Shown piece by piece: positions 38,616 to 51,870 of a DNA stretch of 64,000 bases (positions are counted from its first letter, which is position 1; each line of letters begins with the position of its first letter). The notes beneath the pieces are model-generated. The model was not told the DNA's origin. It worked only from the letters and a program-made list of their open reading frames with translations, and did not search any database. The stretch is from Octopus sinensis (taxonomy: Eukaryota): contig NC_043021.1 of assembly GCF_006345805.1 (NCBI RefSeq), forward strand, positions 24,304,001 to 24,368,000, read 5' to 3'. Made by a program: the position numbers and the translations under genes.

Positions 38616-38639
38616 CCAGTCACATGCATCACAACCATA

Positions 38640-38742
38640 TGTATGCGACTGCCCTTATCAGACGGGTAGTCGTGAAGGGTATGCTGGGCTTCGTATATTT
38701 TACCCCAGTGTCACTTTGATGGCATGCGCTGCTCTCACACTC

Positions 38743-38822
<80 letters not shown>

Positions 38823-39103
38823 CGATGATGATGACGATGATTTCTTATATTACATGAAGATATATCGCTACTGTCCCTGCCCCTCCCCAAGCTTTCAGTC
38901 AAACTGTAGCATCTCTTATCCTTCACTCGCTCCATGACGATGTGTGTGTCTCGGCAAGTGATTGTAACAAACATACAGATTAAAAGCATAATAATAATTA
39001 AAATTATCATCTTATGGAATGTATTATCTCTCTGAGGTCCTTGTTGTGACTTGACAGATGACTAAAGACTCCAGTGCATTCTTACCTACAGTGTTACCAA
39101 GAC

Positions 39104-39187
<84 letters not shown>

Positions 39188-39210
39188 TAACAATGATAAT
39201 AATAATAATA

Positions 39211-39242
<32 letters not shown>

Positions 39243-39490
39243 TAAATATAAAAACTTGCTAATAGAAATTGAAAAAATGTGGCATCTCAAGGCGACTACA
39301 GTACCAGTGATTGTAGGATCTCTAGGAATGATAAAAAAAGGTACCTATTTGAAAATGATTCCAGGCTTACCATCCCTACAGGAAGTGCAAAAAGTCGTAT
39401 TAACTGGAACGGCTCATATACTGAGAAGAGCACTATCGCTGTGAAAACAACATCTATCCATGAATTTATTTATTTATGAATTTTTTAAAT
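38640..39490 (+). mobile_element. Stack of R4/Dong-type 3' ends separated by (TAA)n/(GAT)n
   Basis: A hairpin-rich tail (38640-38745), family a UTR (38866-39000), family b UTR (39020-39110) and ORF end MLIEIEKMWHLKATTVPVIVGSLG..TAHILRRALSL* (39256-39444). Confidence 0.8.
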
Positions 39491-39659
39491 ACTCATTTTA
39501 TCTGTGAATTTGCGCGTGTGATCTGGGAATGCATACAATGAGCTTCTCTGCCCTAGGTGTACGGAAAACACTCGGCGAGAAACGGAAGAAAATTTGAAGA
39601 AAGAAGGAAAAAAAAAAAAAAATAATAATAATAATAATATAATAATAATAATAATTTTT

Positions 39660-39860
39660 TTTTTTACTTGTTTCAGTTATTTGACTGCGGCCATGCTGGA
39701 ACACCGCCTTTAGTCGAGCAAATCGACCCCGGGACTTATTCTTTGTAAGCCCAGTACTTATTCTATCGGTCTCTTTTGCCGAACCGCTAAGTGACGGGGA
39801 CGTAAACACACCAACATCGGTTGTCAAGCAATGCTAGGGAAACAAACACAGACACACAAA
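39660..39860 (-). mobile_element. SINE family A, 3' half
   Basis: Nearly identical to the 3' halves of the 5635 and 50140 copies. Confidence 0.9.
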
Positions 39861-40162
39861 CACATACATATATATATACAAACATATACATATATATATA
39901 CATATATACGACATATATATATATACATATAATAATAATAATAACATTTGCCTAAAGAGAGATAACTCCTCAGATTTACGGGGTTGATACTGCGTATAGA
40001 AGATGAGATACTTGTGAAGGGAAGATAAAGTTTTCATGACATGGCATAAACAGTTCAAAGCAGATATTCCTTCATAGGTTCTAACAAATCATTCTATACT
40101 TTAAACCACATAGCAATTATTCAGAAAAAGGCATGGCAAAGTATATATTGTATGATGTGTGT

Positions 40163-40200
<38 letters not shown>

Positions 40201-40964
40201 TGTGTGTTGTGTGTGCGTGCGTGTGTGTTAGAATATATAGACGAGGTGGGGAGTGGTCAAGGTTTTCTGCAAGCATTATATATTTGATATATGAATAAGT
40301 GATAAATGACAAGGCATCAGACCTAGACACATAAACAGGACACAAGCAAGCAGACAAGATATATATTTCTACATAGAGAGACGCATATCTTCCGATTTCT
40401 ATAAAGATAAAATAGGAAATTAAATAGAAGTTCGCAATAATTCGTAATTTCAAAGTTCAGAGACAACTAATGTGAGTGTGATAGACAATCGAAAAGTGCT
40501 ATTGGAAAAACCATTAATAGGTTACGGAGACTTAATAGTAATGGGGAAAATTATGAATATTATTATCGTCATCACTATCATGGTCATTAATAATTTACGT
40601 TCAGACACAAAACTTCATAAATTTACGTTTAATATCTGCCATTATTTCGCCATAATCTTCGTAAAGACATCCACAGAGATTAAATTAATAAGCAGATCAT
40701 TATCCTATCTTTACCTTGTTTCAGGCTTTAGACTGCGACCATCCTGCAGCGCAGCTTTAAAGAGAGTACCTGAACAAGTTGACTCGAGTACTCTTTCCTA
40801 GTCTAGTATTTTTATCAGATTCTTTTACCGAGACGAAAACAAACCAACACCAGTTGTCAAACACGAACACACACACACACATTTATATATATTATATATA
40901 TATATATATTATATATGTGTGTGTGTGTGTGGTGTGTGTGTGTGTGTGGTGTGTGTGTGTGTGT

Positions 40965-40997
<33 letters not shown>

Positions 40998-41001
<4 letters not shown>

Positions 41002-41310
41002 AGGCGCAATGGCCCAGTGGTTAGAGTAGCGGACTCATAGTCGTAGGATCGTGGTTTCGATTCCCAGACCGGGTGTTGTGAGTGTTTATTGAGCGGAAAC
41101 ACCTAAAGCTCCACGAGGCTCCGGCAGGGGGTGCTGGCGATCCCTGCTGTACTCTTTCGCCACAACTTTCTCTCACTCTTTCTTCTGTTGGCCTGCTCGC
41201 TTAGCCAGCGGGGTGGGGTCATTTGAAGGCTAAAACAATGCGAAGCGCATTGTGACCAGCGATGTGTAGCAATATCAGATAGCCTGGTCGGTCACGGTGA
41301 TCACGGTGAT
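40998..41310 (+). mobile_element. SINE family B with an alternative 3' tail
   Basis: Same head and body as 29982-30170, diverging after ctttctctcactct. Ends in cacggtgat x2. Confidence 0.88.
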
Positions 41311-41616
41311 ATATATATACACACACACACTACAAGGAACTGTAGAGACACTTGCTGAAGCTGTCGTACACTGAAGCTGAACACAAAACTCCAAGATTGC
41401 CACAGAGCTTTTTAATGAAAGCACGAGGCCAGAAATGCCTGTTGTGGTAGTGAGCGGAATAATCGATTATATCACCCCCAGTACATGACTGTTACTTTAT
41501 TTTATGGCCCCATGAAATGAAGAAAGGCAAAGTTGACCGGAGCGGGATGTGAACATAAATGTGTGTGCCTGTGAATAGATATATATTGACATATATATAT
41601 ATATGTATGTATGTAT

Positions 41617-41810
41617 CATGATAGATCGTTAGCCACTACACACATTCTTTTTCTCTCCTTGTTTCTCTCCTTTTTTCTGTGTCCCTTTCTGTAGAAGAGC
41701 GTAGGCTCGAAACGTAAAAGACTTTTCTATTCCTGAGCGTTATACTAATACATCTGTTTGTTTTGTACACCACCTGTCTTCGTCTTTTGTTTTTTTTCGT
41801 AAACTCTCCC
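41617..41810 (+). mobile_element. Hammerhead-bearing element (family H4 subfamily)
   Basis: Colinear with 6874-7082, with microsatellite flanks. Confidence 0.8.
41685..41720 (+). ncRNA. Minimal type I hammerhead, A6U plus extra-A variant
   Basis: CUUU-CUGUAGA-A-GAGC GUAG GCUC-GAA-ACGU-A/AAAG, GUA triplet. Confidence 0.6.
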
Positions 41811-41821
41811 TATATATATAT

Positions 41822-41860
<39 letters not shown>

Positions 41861-42489
41861 TGTGTGTGTGTGTGTGCTTGTGTGTGTGTGTCTGCAAGGG
41901 CTTCCTTTGGAATTACAGGGACTAACTTAAAAGCCACAATTTTGCGTTACTTATTATACACTAATAACAACCACGGATATCCCCCACCTTGTATAACTCC
42001 TTCTCTCAACACCGCCGGTGAAATAGTCACTGTCCCCACCTACACGCATCCAATGAAAGAATCTACTAACACGGAAATATACAAGTCACTAACATTTTAG
42101 CTTTAACAAACTCTTTTCTTTTTTTTTTTTTCTTTTTCTTTCTTTGCCTTTCGATTCCCTCTAATCATTCTGAAGATGTTTATTAAAAGTAACGAAGTAA
42201 ATTTAAATTTATTCCAATTTGATAAACAGAAACAATAGTAAATGTTCCAAATTCAATTAAATAATGACTTTTAAACACCAATAATCCACTTCTCATTGTC
42301 AATAATTGCTCCATTTCTTATCTCTCTGTATATGTTAAACCACGGTTTTACCTTTAAATTACCTACTACCGTAAACTTTATAACGAGGACTATACATAGT
42401 GAGGTAATACACCAGTGGTGCCTACGGATACATCTATCCCTTCGATTGTTGCATAACCTCTAACTTATATCTTGCTATATATATATATA

Positions 42490-43165
42490 ATAATTATTAT
42501 TTGAGGGAATAAAATCCAAACTTACAAGGAAAAAGAATTCAATTTAGAAATACTAAATCAAATTCCACACAATATAATATATATATAAAATATTAGAAAA
42601 AAACCCCCACCTTTTATCAATTCAAAATGAATAATTAAATTACACCATCTAGAAAATTACATATAATAAAAAAGTTAAACTTAAAATAACAATAAAAAGT
42701 AAAGATTAAGTAAATTACAAAAATAATTTTTAAATAATAAAAATGTATATAATAGGTAGAAAAACAATAATATACCTATAATATACATTATTATTATTTT
42801 TGTAATTTAATTAATCTTTACTTTTTATTGTTATTTTAATTTTAACTTTTTTATTATATGTAATTTTCTAGATGGTGTAATTTGATTATTCATTTTAAAT
42901 TGATAAGAGGTTGTCTTTTTTTCTAATATTATATATATATATATATAATGGCGGTGCCCCAGCATGGCCACAGCTCATTAGCTGAAACTGGAAAAATCAA
43001 AAATCAAAATCATATATATATATATATATATATTCCTATGTTCTTATTTGCTTTCTCTTCATCGGATCTTTTGGCTATAGATTATATTGTGTGGAATTTG
43101 ATTTAGTATTTCTAAATTGAATTCTTTTTCCTTGTAAGTTTGGATTTTATTCCCTCAAATAATAA
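42490..43165. mobile_element. AT-rich fold-back element with a later insertion in the right arm
   Basis: 42490-42580 mirrors 43080-43165, and 42585-42735 mirrors 42790-42935. Confidence 0.8.
42947..43011 (+). mobile_element. ~60-nt LINE/SINE 3'-tail mini-insertion
   Basis: aatggcggtgccccagcatggccacagctcattagctgaaac+(aaatc)n. Same as 54781-54848, related to 36166-36212 and the SINE A tail. Confidence 0.8.
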
Positions 43166-43173
43166 TAATAATA

Positions 43174-43229
<56 letters not shown>

Positions 43230-43254
43230 TATATATTATATATATATATATATA

Positions 43255-43495
43255 TATATTCGTTTTGCAAAATTCTTGATGTGTATTCGTGTGTTGAAAC
43301 AAATATTGTTGTATTTGGGTATGGTCCTGTTGTCAGTTTGACCAATAAAAACACACGCACTATATATTTGGTGTTCACTTGCTTCAGCTTTATTTCATAT
43401 TAATTGTATTTCGGCCAGAGTTCTTTCATCACACTTCTGTAATCTCATCAGTAGTCCTTTACTTTCTTCTTTCTTTTATGTGTCTCTCCTTCCTA
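43255..43495 (-). mobile_element. Interspersed element with degenerate long-stem-II hammerhead
   Basis: The minus strand reads GGACUA-CUGAUGA-G..C-GAAAUAC, but stems I and III are decayed. Homologous to 23610-23865. Confidence 0.6.
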
Positions 43496-43544
43496 ATGAT
43501 TTACCACTTTGTATTCCCGCTGTATATAAAGAATTATATATATG

Positions 43545-43693
43545 AGTATGGTAAGTAGTTTGCTAACCAACCACATGGTTCCTGGTTCAGTCCCACTGCA
43601 TCGCATCTTAGGCAGTTGTCTTCTACTATAGACTCGGGCCGACAAAAGCCTTCTGAGTGGATTTAGTAGACAAAAACTGAAAGAAGCCCGTCG

Positions 43694-43752
<59 letters not shown>

Positions 43753-44030
43753 GTGTGTGTGTGTGTGTGTGGTGTGTGTGTAGGTGTGTGTGTGTGTGTG
43801 TGTGTGTAGGTGTGTGTGTGTGTGTGTGTGTGTATGTGTTTGTTACCTCACCATCGCTAGACAATCTATGTTGGTGTGTTTACGTCCCCGTAAATTAGCG
43901 GTTCGGCAAAAGGGACCGATAAAATGAGTGCTAGATTTACAAAGACTGAGCCCTGGGGTCAATCCGTTCGACTAAAAGGCGGTGCTCTAGCATGACCGCA
44001 GTCAAACGACTGAAAAAAGTAAAAGAACAA
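43545..44030 (+). mobile_element. SINE family A, full length, with expanded internal (TG)n
   Basis: Head to tail, with a ~150-bp internal microsatellite. Confidence 0.88.
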
Positions 44031-44046
44031 AAGCATATGTGTTGCG

Positions 44047-44088
<42 letters not shown>

Positions 44089-44724
44089 ATAGAGGGCATT
44101 ATTACACATAAATGCCTCACACTAGGAGGGACAAAGTCATTACTACCAAAATTATACTAATCATACCCAAATGCAGTTTTTCAAAGCAAGACATTTAAAA
44201 AATGAATTTAGTTCTGTATCACCGTGATTTCACATTCAACTTACGTCTAATGATCCTCAGCAGAACTGATTCTGAACACATCATAAATAAACTACCAACC
44301 TTACGTAGCGAAGACGAACAGACAACTGCTCACTCCGGCCAAGCACATGGAATGTTTATAAATCATATATCCGGTAAATGGCGGGCTTTTTACGAACTGC
44401 ATGTCGGGTAATGAAAAGTATTTCGGAATAAGCTTAACAATTAGCTAGCTACCCGATAATTTCTTGTTAAGATCCCTTATTAAGAGATTATCCTTAATTG
44501 TTAAACTTATATATATATATATATATATAATATATATATATATATAAACATAAAGGTCCAAGAAAAACGATGCTCTCCATTGCAGGCCAAGGTGGCTAAT
44601 ACCTGAAGCAGAAACAAAATGGCATTTACTAAACTCCATAGAAATGAAGAGTTTTTTCATGCAACTTCATCTATTTGTTTTTTATTCACCATTGAATTCA
44701 TTGCAACCTTGCTGTCGCACCCTG

Positions 44725-44761
<37 letters not shown>

Positions 44762-44854
44762 ATACACATGTACATATATATATATATATACATATATGTA
44801 TATATATACCCATATAGATTTAATATATATACCAATACACACACACATACACAT

Positions 44855-44885
<31 letters not shown>

Positions 44886-45374
44886 ATCAAAATAAGCAAC
44901 AAGATACTGCAGTACGACTGTTTCAAGTGGCTCCAATTAATTGAACAATGCAATCATTTCACCAATTTAAATGCCATACCATCTACAGCTGCACAAAAAA
45001 GGAATAGAATTTTAACAAGCAGGACTCATTAATATAATTTTTCTCAAATATCTTAACAGACCAAGTCAGTGGAAGAATTTCATGTTGTCACTATTTTAGC
45101 TAATGATATACTACACTTCTAAGGATCGCATGAAGCCTACTGGGGTCATAGTGTTGTAAGGGATTGTAATTCATTTCTAATTCATTTATCTCTTTGTCAA
45201 CTACGAAATCTAAGACCAGCGTGTGTTTTGAATAAAGGACAATCGTGAGTTGATAGCTCATGGCGAGGTATTGTCATCAATATTATCATATGTATCCGTT
45301 TTCCGAACTGATTTGTTGCTTCAACTTAAGTCCCTAATTCAACTGAATCTCAGTTATTTCTTATATATATAAAT

Positions 45375-45775
45375 ACTATCAGTATCGCCCGGCGTTGCTC
45401 GGATTTGTAAGGGAAATAACTATATAAGCATTTTTAGAGAGTTATAGCCAAAAAATAGCAAAAAAATGCATTAAAAATTGAAAAAAAATTATGGTAATTT
45501 TTTTTAAATCGTTGACTCATCGTAGACATTTTTAGAGAGTTACTTCCCTTATATAATAGCGAAAAAAATGCATTAAAATGGGGAAAAAAATGATGGTAAA
45601 TTTTTTTACAAATCGTAGACTCGTCGTAGACGCGCGCTAATACCCAGAAGGGCTCGATATGAATCACGACTATAAGATACCCGCTTTTGGTTAAACTGCA
45701 CCGCAAAATGTGAGAGTAGTTAGGAATCTAAATCGTAGGAGACAGACACACAACTTCACTTTTATATATAAAGAT
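45375..45775 (-). mobile_element. Non-autonomous Helitron-like element
   Basis: 5' ATCTTTATATATAAAAG; 3' GC hairpin (CCGAGCAACGCCGGG) about 10 nt before a CTAG-like end. Homologous to 62682-63067. Confidence 0.8.
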
Positions 45776-45789
45776 ATATATATATACTC

Positions 45790-46510
45790 AAGCAAATTTA
45801 CCCTCTACTACTAAGAGAAAATAGCATACAATGAGCAAAAGAGATACCAATAGAATAACTAAGGGGAACACGACAAAGACGAACCCATAAACTGAACGCA
45901 ATACCATTTCTAGTAACACACAATCCACATCACCGCAACATTTTTTAAATCATCAAAACAAATTTGCCAATCATGAAACAAAGTGAAAAATTAAAAAAAA
46001 ACACAACTAATCAAACACTTACCTAAAGCAAAAGGCAACCACATAACCAGAAGAAACTATTCAAAGAGGCAAAATTCAACCTGAACGAACAGGATAAAAC
46101 ATTCACAATATGCAAGTATAATGATAACAGATGTGGAACGTGTCAATACATGCATACAGGTAGATCTATTAGAACAAAAATGGACAGATTTTCGCAAATG
46201 CAGATATGAACTGCAAAAGTAGAAATTTTATCTTGTGCATTAAATGCTCGAATTGCGAGAAACTATACATTGGTGAGACAGGAAATGCATTATCGGAACG
46301 CTCACGAGTTCACAGACAACAAATCCGGTTCACTAATGTTCGCCAAATTCCATTCAACGAACATGTGGTCAGAAAATGTTTCCAATTTTTCCTTTCCACA
46401 AACTACATAGCACAAGTGAGGTTGGAAGGAAGATAAAAGAAAAACGTTTCATTAAATTGATCAAACCTGTTCTGAACGGAAATAACAATAATATAAAAAT
46501 CAGTTAATGA
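45790..46510 (+). mobile_element. Penelope-like element: linker and GIY-YIG endonuclease pseudogene
   Basis: IPFLVTHNPHHRNIF..SKRQPHN..RCGTC..MNCKSRNFILCIKCSNCEKLYIGETGNALSERSRVHRQQI..IFPFHK..KEKRFIKLIKPVLN, frameshifted. Confidence 0.9.
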
Positions 46511-46805
46511 TGTGGTTTAAAACAATATCTTTAGCAAATGAATATAAACAAATTTTAGGAGACTCCCACCGACTGAAATAAAAACGATTGAAACCAACTA
46601 ATTTTGCCGATTCATAAAACCATTACATGTAAACCGCAAGCTATTTGGTTAAAATAAAGGCGGAATCTATGCCATTAATATCATTGCGCTCGGCAATGGT
46701 CAAAACCGTATTCGAAACATTCAGCTTATCGGAGCGTTCTAAAAGTTATAAAATGTCAATCATTTTACTACAGTTGTCAAGCACTCAAGTCTCAGTCAAT
46801 GCGTT

Positions 46806-46850
46806 TTCAAATCTGATGATTACTGCGAACGTATGAACGCGCTAATTGAA
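46806..46850 (+). ncRNA. Degenerate hammerhead ~300 nt downstream of the Penelope ORF (putative pLTR)
   Basis: UUCAAAU-CUGAUGA-U UAC UGCGAAC GUA U-GA-ACGCGC-UA-AUUGAA: intact CUGAUGA and stem II, one A missing from GAAA, U16.1 mutated. Confidence 0.55.
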
Positions 46851-47221
46851 CTTTATGAACAAAATATTTTTTTTTATGCTTAACACACTTCAACATTGTA
46901 AAAGCACTTTTTAAAAATACGATAAAAGCCTGAAAACCAGGCCATGTTGTAACTTTATTCAACTGATTTATAATTCTATATATGTTTACACAAATTCACC
47001 ATTTCTTGCCAATAGAGAAAGAGCCGGTTTCTAACCTAGATTCAAGGTTCTTTCATTGGAATTTTAACATCAACAAGAGGGTATTTTTGTATGTGTGTAT
47101 GTATGCATACGTGCAGATTTGTATGTTTTGTATGTATCACTGTATATATGTATATATGCATACACAGCCCAGGCATGGCCGCAGTCAAGTGAAACAAGTC
47201 AAAGATAAAAGATTATATGAA

Positions 47222-47418
47222 TAAGGCGAGTTAGCAGAATTCTTAGCATTCTGAGAAAAATTTCGTCCGTTTCTACGTTCTAAGTTCAATTTCTGCCGGG
47301 GTTGAATTTTCCTTTCATCCTCCCGGGATCGATAAGTGCCAATGGAGCACTGGGGTCGAGGTAATTGATCTAACCTCTCCTTCAAAACTGCTGGCTTTAT
47401 GCAAAAATTTGAAACCAA
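47222..47418 (+). mobile_element. SINE family C, degenerate
   Basis: aaggcgagttagcaga..tacgttctaagttcaatttctgccgggg..cctttcatcc..gcactggggtcga. Confidence 0.7.
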
Positions 47419-48135
47419 TATTCATATGTGTTTGTGATTGTATGTGTATGTATGCGTGGTTGTCGACATGATGTCCGTATCAAGTTATTTATGTGTCTAG
47501 CTGACCAGCCACGGAGAAAGCTAACTAGCTCATCTTCCGCCACGCTTACATGCGTTTGTATACGGCTAAGCATTTATCTATTCACCATAGAAACAAACTT
47601 GAAAACGATGTGATTTTCAGTAGTGGCAGTTTCGAGAAACCACTTTGCAATAAATTGCTTAGGTTAACAAAACTACTGCTATAATTAATGGAACAAAAAT
47701 AGGAAAGCAATGAAGAAATGAGTAAAAACAATAGTCAGTTAGATAAGAGATGTCTACATTAGAGAATTCGTTATTGGGTGTTAATGAATTAAAAGGATGA
47801 AAGGGATGGAGATGGAAAGGAGGAAAAAATTGGTGTGGCGTTGGGGATGACGTTGATGATGATGATGATGACGGGGACGGCGACGACTACGACGATGTTA
47901 AAAGAATAAGAAAGATTCAGGAGTAAAAAAAAACAAGTTTTAACAAAACTTAAAACCCAAAAAATAAAGCATACACAAAAAACCGCTATAAGAGAAACAG
48001 ATTATAAAGTAAACATTGTCACACACCAAGCCCATCATCACCATCGTTACCCACTTACCTTCACCAACATCACCAACAACAACAACGTTGATCCATAAAT
48101 TTTTATGTACGAATGTGTTGATGTCAGGCATTAAT

Positions 48136-48770
48136 TGTATGCATGTATGTATGTATGTATGTATGTATGTGTGTGTGTATGTATGTATGTATGTATGTAT
48201 GTATGTATGCATGCATGTATGTATGTATGTATGTATGGTATGTATGTGTGTGTGTATGTATGTATGTTTATATGTTTGTATGCATGCATGTATGTATGTG
48301 TGTGTGTTGTATGTATGTATGTATGTATGTATGTATGCATGCATTAATGTATGTATGTATGTATGTATGTATGTGTGTGTGTATGTTTATGTTTATATGT
48401 TTGTATGCTGCAATGTATGTAATGTATGGTGTATGTATGTATGATGATGTATTATGTATGTAGGGTTGTGTGTGGGTATGTATATATGTATGTATGTATG
48501 TATGTATGTGTGTATGCATGTATGTATGTATGCATGAATGTATGTATGTATGTATGTATACATGCATGTATGCATGTATGTTTTTATGTATGTATGCATG
48601 TATCTATGTATGTATGTATGTATGTATGTATGTATGTTTTTATGTATGTATGTATGTATGTATGTATGCATGTATGTATGTATGTTTTTATGTATGTATG
48701 TATGTATGTATGTATGTATGTATGTATGTATGTATGCATGTATGTTTTTATGTATGTATGCATATGTTTG
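48136..48770 (+). repeat. Degenerate (TATG)n microsatellite
   Basis: Direct reading; the overlapping ORFs are artefacts. Confidence 0.95.
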
Positions 48771-49150
48771 TGAGTAAGTTAAATGCGTTTAAATGCCAGC
48801 AGTTAGAATTTGTTCGGCTTGTTTGTAAAAATATATGTATGCGATTGTTTTATATGAGAATATATCACTTTATTTGCATAGAAACACACTTGTAAGAACG
48901 AACGCAAGACATAATGCAACCATTCGATTCCAGGCGCGAAAGAAGAATTCCAGCTAGTTGTTCCATTCGGCAATAAATCTGTCATTTCCTCTTGTTTCTT
49001 TAACAAGACGCATTCTGGAAAATGTTTACTACGTTCCGGTACAGTATTTATGATGTCGTATTACCGTTTGTCATGGGCTGAGTACAGAGGTGTCTGTGTG
49101 TGTTTGTGTGTGTTGGTGAGAGAGAGAAGGAGTGAGTGAGAGTGTGTGTG

Positions 49151-49185
<35 letters not shown>

Positions 49186-49403
49186 CAGAGAGAGAAAGGC
49201 AGAGAGCGTGTGTGCATATGCGAGTTTCTTTTATTCTATGCCATAAAAAAAAAAATATTTCGTGAGTTCGATTTTAAGTTCAGGAATTGATTTCACGATC
49301 TCATAGTCGTGGACCCAACACTCCGAACCACCACACAATGCCACACACCCTCATGCTTATATATATTTATATATATATATATATAGATATATGTATGTAG
49401 GTA

Positions 49404-49434
<31 letters not shown>

Positions 49435-49436
<2 letters not shown>

Positions 49437-50090
49437 CGGGAAGCTTTATGAAAATAGACAAAAGACGAAGGCAGGTGGAAAACAAACGAACAATTGTATT
49501 AGTATGGCGCTCAGGAAATATAAATAAAACAAGTCTTTAACGTTTCGAGCCTACGCTCTTCAACAGAAAGATACACAGAGAGAAAAAAAACACAGAAAGA
49601 AGGAGGAAAAAAAATGCGTGCAGTAACTAACGAATCAACATGGCGATCTGATTTCGGCCAGAGGTCAAAGATCAAACATGAGACGCGAGAGCGAAATAAG
49701 GGGAGATAATAGGGTTGATAATATGGTTGAAGGACCAGCTAATAGTGCGTAGGAGGGGTCTGGACGTGTATGTATAGGGTTGGTGTATGTATTAGTTGTA
49801 TAAGGGTGTGTGTGTGTGTATGAGAGAGTATTAGTGCGTAGCATTGGTGTGGACGTGCGTATGTATGGGGTTGGTGTATGTATTAGTATGTATTAGTATG
49901 TATTAGTACGTATTAGTATGTGTAAGTGTGTGTGTGTGTGTGTATGAGTGAGTATAAGTGCGTATGAGGGGTCTGGACGTGTGTATGTATAGGGTTAGTG
50001 TATGTATTAGTGTGTATTAGTATGTATTAGTACGTATTAGTATGTATTAGTTGGTGTATGTATTAGTATGGCACATCATATATGATGTGA
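49435..50090 (-). mobile_element. Long form of hammerhead element family H4
   Basis: 49435-49650 is the rc of 6874-7082 and continues with ~440 nt of additional body containing duplicated blocks and (TATGTATTAG)n. Confidence 0.8.
49534..49571 (-). ncRNA. Minimal type I hammerhead, A6U plus extra-A variant
   Basis: Identical to 6946-6983. Confidence 0.6.
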
Positions 50091-50096
50091 TGTGTG

Positions 50097-50135
<39 letters not shown>

Positions 50136-50139
50136 TATA

Positions 50140-50304
50140 GGCGCAGGAGTGGTTGTGTGGTAAGTAGCTTGCTAACCAACCACATGGTTCCGGGCTCAGT
50201 CCCTCTGCGTGGCATCTTGGGCAAGTGTCTTCTGCTATAGCCCCGGGCCGACCAATTCCTTGCGAGTGGATTTGGTAGACGGAAACTGAAAGAAGCCAGT
50301 CGTA

Positions 50305-50395
<91 letters not shown>

Positions 50396-50603
50396 ATGTT
50401 TGTATGTCTGTGTTTGTACCCCTAGCATTGCTTGACAACCGATGCTGGTGTGTTTACGTCCCCGTCACTTTGCGGTTCGGCAAAAGAGTCCGATAGAATA
50501 AGTACTGGGCTTACAAAGAATAAGTCCCGGGGTCGATCTGCTCGACTAAAGGCGGTGCTTCAGCATGGCCGCAGTCAAATGACTGAAACAAGTAAAAGAA
50601 TAA
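50140..50603 (+). mobile_element. SINE family A, full length
   Basis: GGCGCAGGAGTGGTTGTGTGGTAAG head, CTTGGGCAAGT, internal (TA)n(TG)n, tail stem-loop and TAAAAGA. Confidence 0.92.
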
Positions 50604-50605
50604 AT

Positions 50606-50790
50606 GAATTTTATAATAGAATAAATGAGATACTCAGAAATTCGGATGGTTTTATATTTACAGATATTTATTTGTATATTACATGTTTTTATACATCATA
50701 TATCATATATCATATATCATATATGATGTATAAAAACATGTAATATACAAATAAATATCTGTAAATATAAAACCTCATTTCTTCTATATA
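50606..50790. repeat. AT-rich hairpin element (perfect ~55-bp inner arms)
   Basis: ttttatatttacagatatttatttgtatattacatgtttttatacatcatata is mirrored after a (tcatata)n spacer. A related half occurs at 10880-10965. Confidence 0.8.
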
Positions 50791-51339
50791 TATATATATA
50801 TATATACAAACATACAACCACACACAAATGGTCGGCCATCTCACTAAAACTTTTACTTATAGACGTTTACTTTCTGAGTTCAAATCTTGCCCCGGCTGAC
50901 TCACCCATTCATCCAACTGATGTCCTTAAAATGAGACTGAAGATGATATGATTGGTTATATAGAGTGCGGCAAATGACCATTCAAATTCACCGTCCTTTT
51001 TTAAATGTCACAACAGCAAACATACATTGACTGCAGTTTAAATTATGAATTCTTTTGAAACAAAGCGACCAGATATTAGCTGTATGGAAATACCATTATC
51101 GTTTACCTAATTTCACTAGCTCCCCACATACACCCTATAAAATATGGGAGGGTTTTCTGTTGCAAATCGATGATGAAAAGCAGAATCGATTGACAAAATT
51201 GACAGCAATATAGTCCATTAGTCAAATCATCTGAAGTCTCAAGCAACCAGGACACCAGAAAAAATAAAAGAAAATGTGCTGTTAATTGGGGAATTTATGC
51301 TAAATTGTGCTTATCTTTTTAAGTTTTCACTCTTTACAA

Positions 51340-51870
51340 CGTCCTTAGACCACTGAAAACGCAAGAGCTACTTGAATGAAATGGACGCCAGACAGAAGTC
51401 AATAGGTGACGATGTACATTAGACTTAAAAGACTGGCGTTCACATTGAACAGGAAAACAAGACTGTGAAAGGGAATTCCAAAATGCAGAGGTGCGTGGGA
51501 AGAAACTGGTAGTGTAAAGTGCTTTGCAACATTTAGGAGGTTGCACAGTATACTGGTGAGAACCGGATGCAAGTCTGGTTGATCGCTGATAAGTTCTTAA
51601 AGGCGGAACCAGAGAAGAGAGCTCAGCTGAATAATGTCCATGGAAATACTTATAGTAAAGAGAAACGGAATCTACACGACGGCGATGAGGGAGTGAATCC
51701 AGTTTAGAAGATAGGTTAGGACCAATAGCATTACAAATAGGGCGTTGAATGCGGTTCCAACAGAGTTAAACAATGCGCAGGAACACTTGCCGATATGTGA
51801 CAATAGTACTCAATGCAGAGGTGAATGGTGGACTTATAAAGATAAAAAATAGCCTCAAGAGTGAGATAAC
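51340..51870 (-). mobile_element. CR1-like LINE 3' fragment
   Basis: LYKS..IEYYCHI..APAHCLTLL..ICNAIGPNLSSKLDSLPHRRRVDSVSLYYKYFHG..SFFPRTSAFWNSL..SFKSNVHRHL. Confidence 0.88.

Noticed and set aside
48055-48135. Minus-strand INVVVVGDVGEG(K), resembling a small-GTPase P-loop and followed by AAG|GTAAGT
   Set aside because: Encoded by a degenerate (GTT/GGT/GAT) simple repeat with no acceptor or other GTPase exons. Most likely chance; RNA-seq could revisit it.
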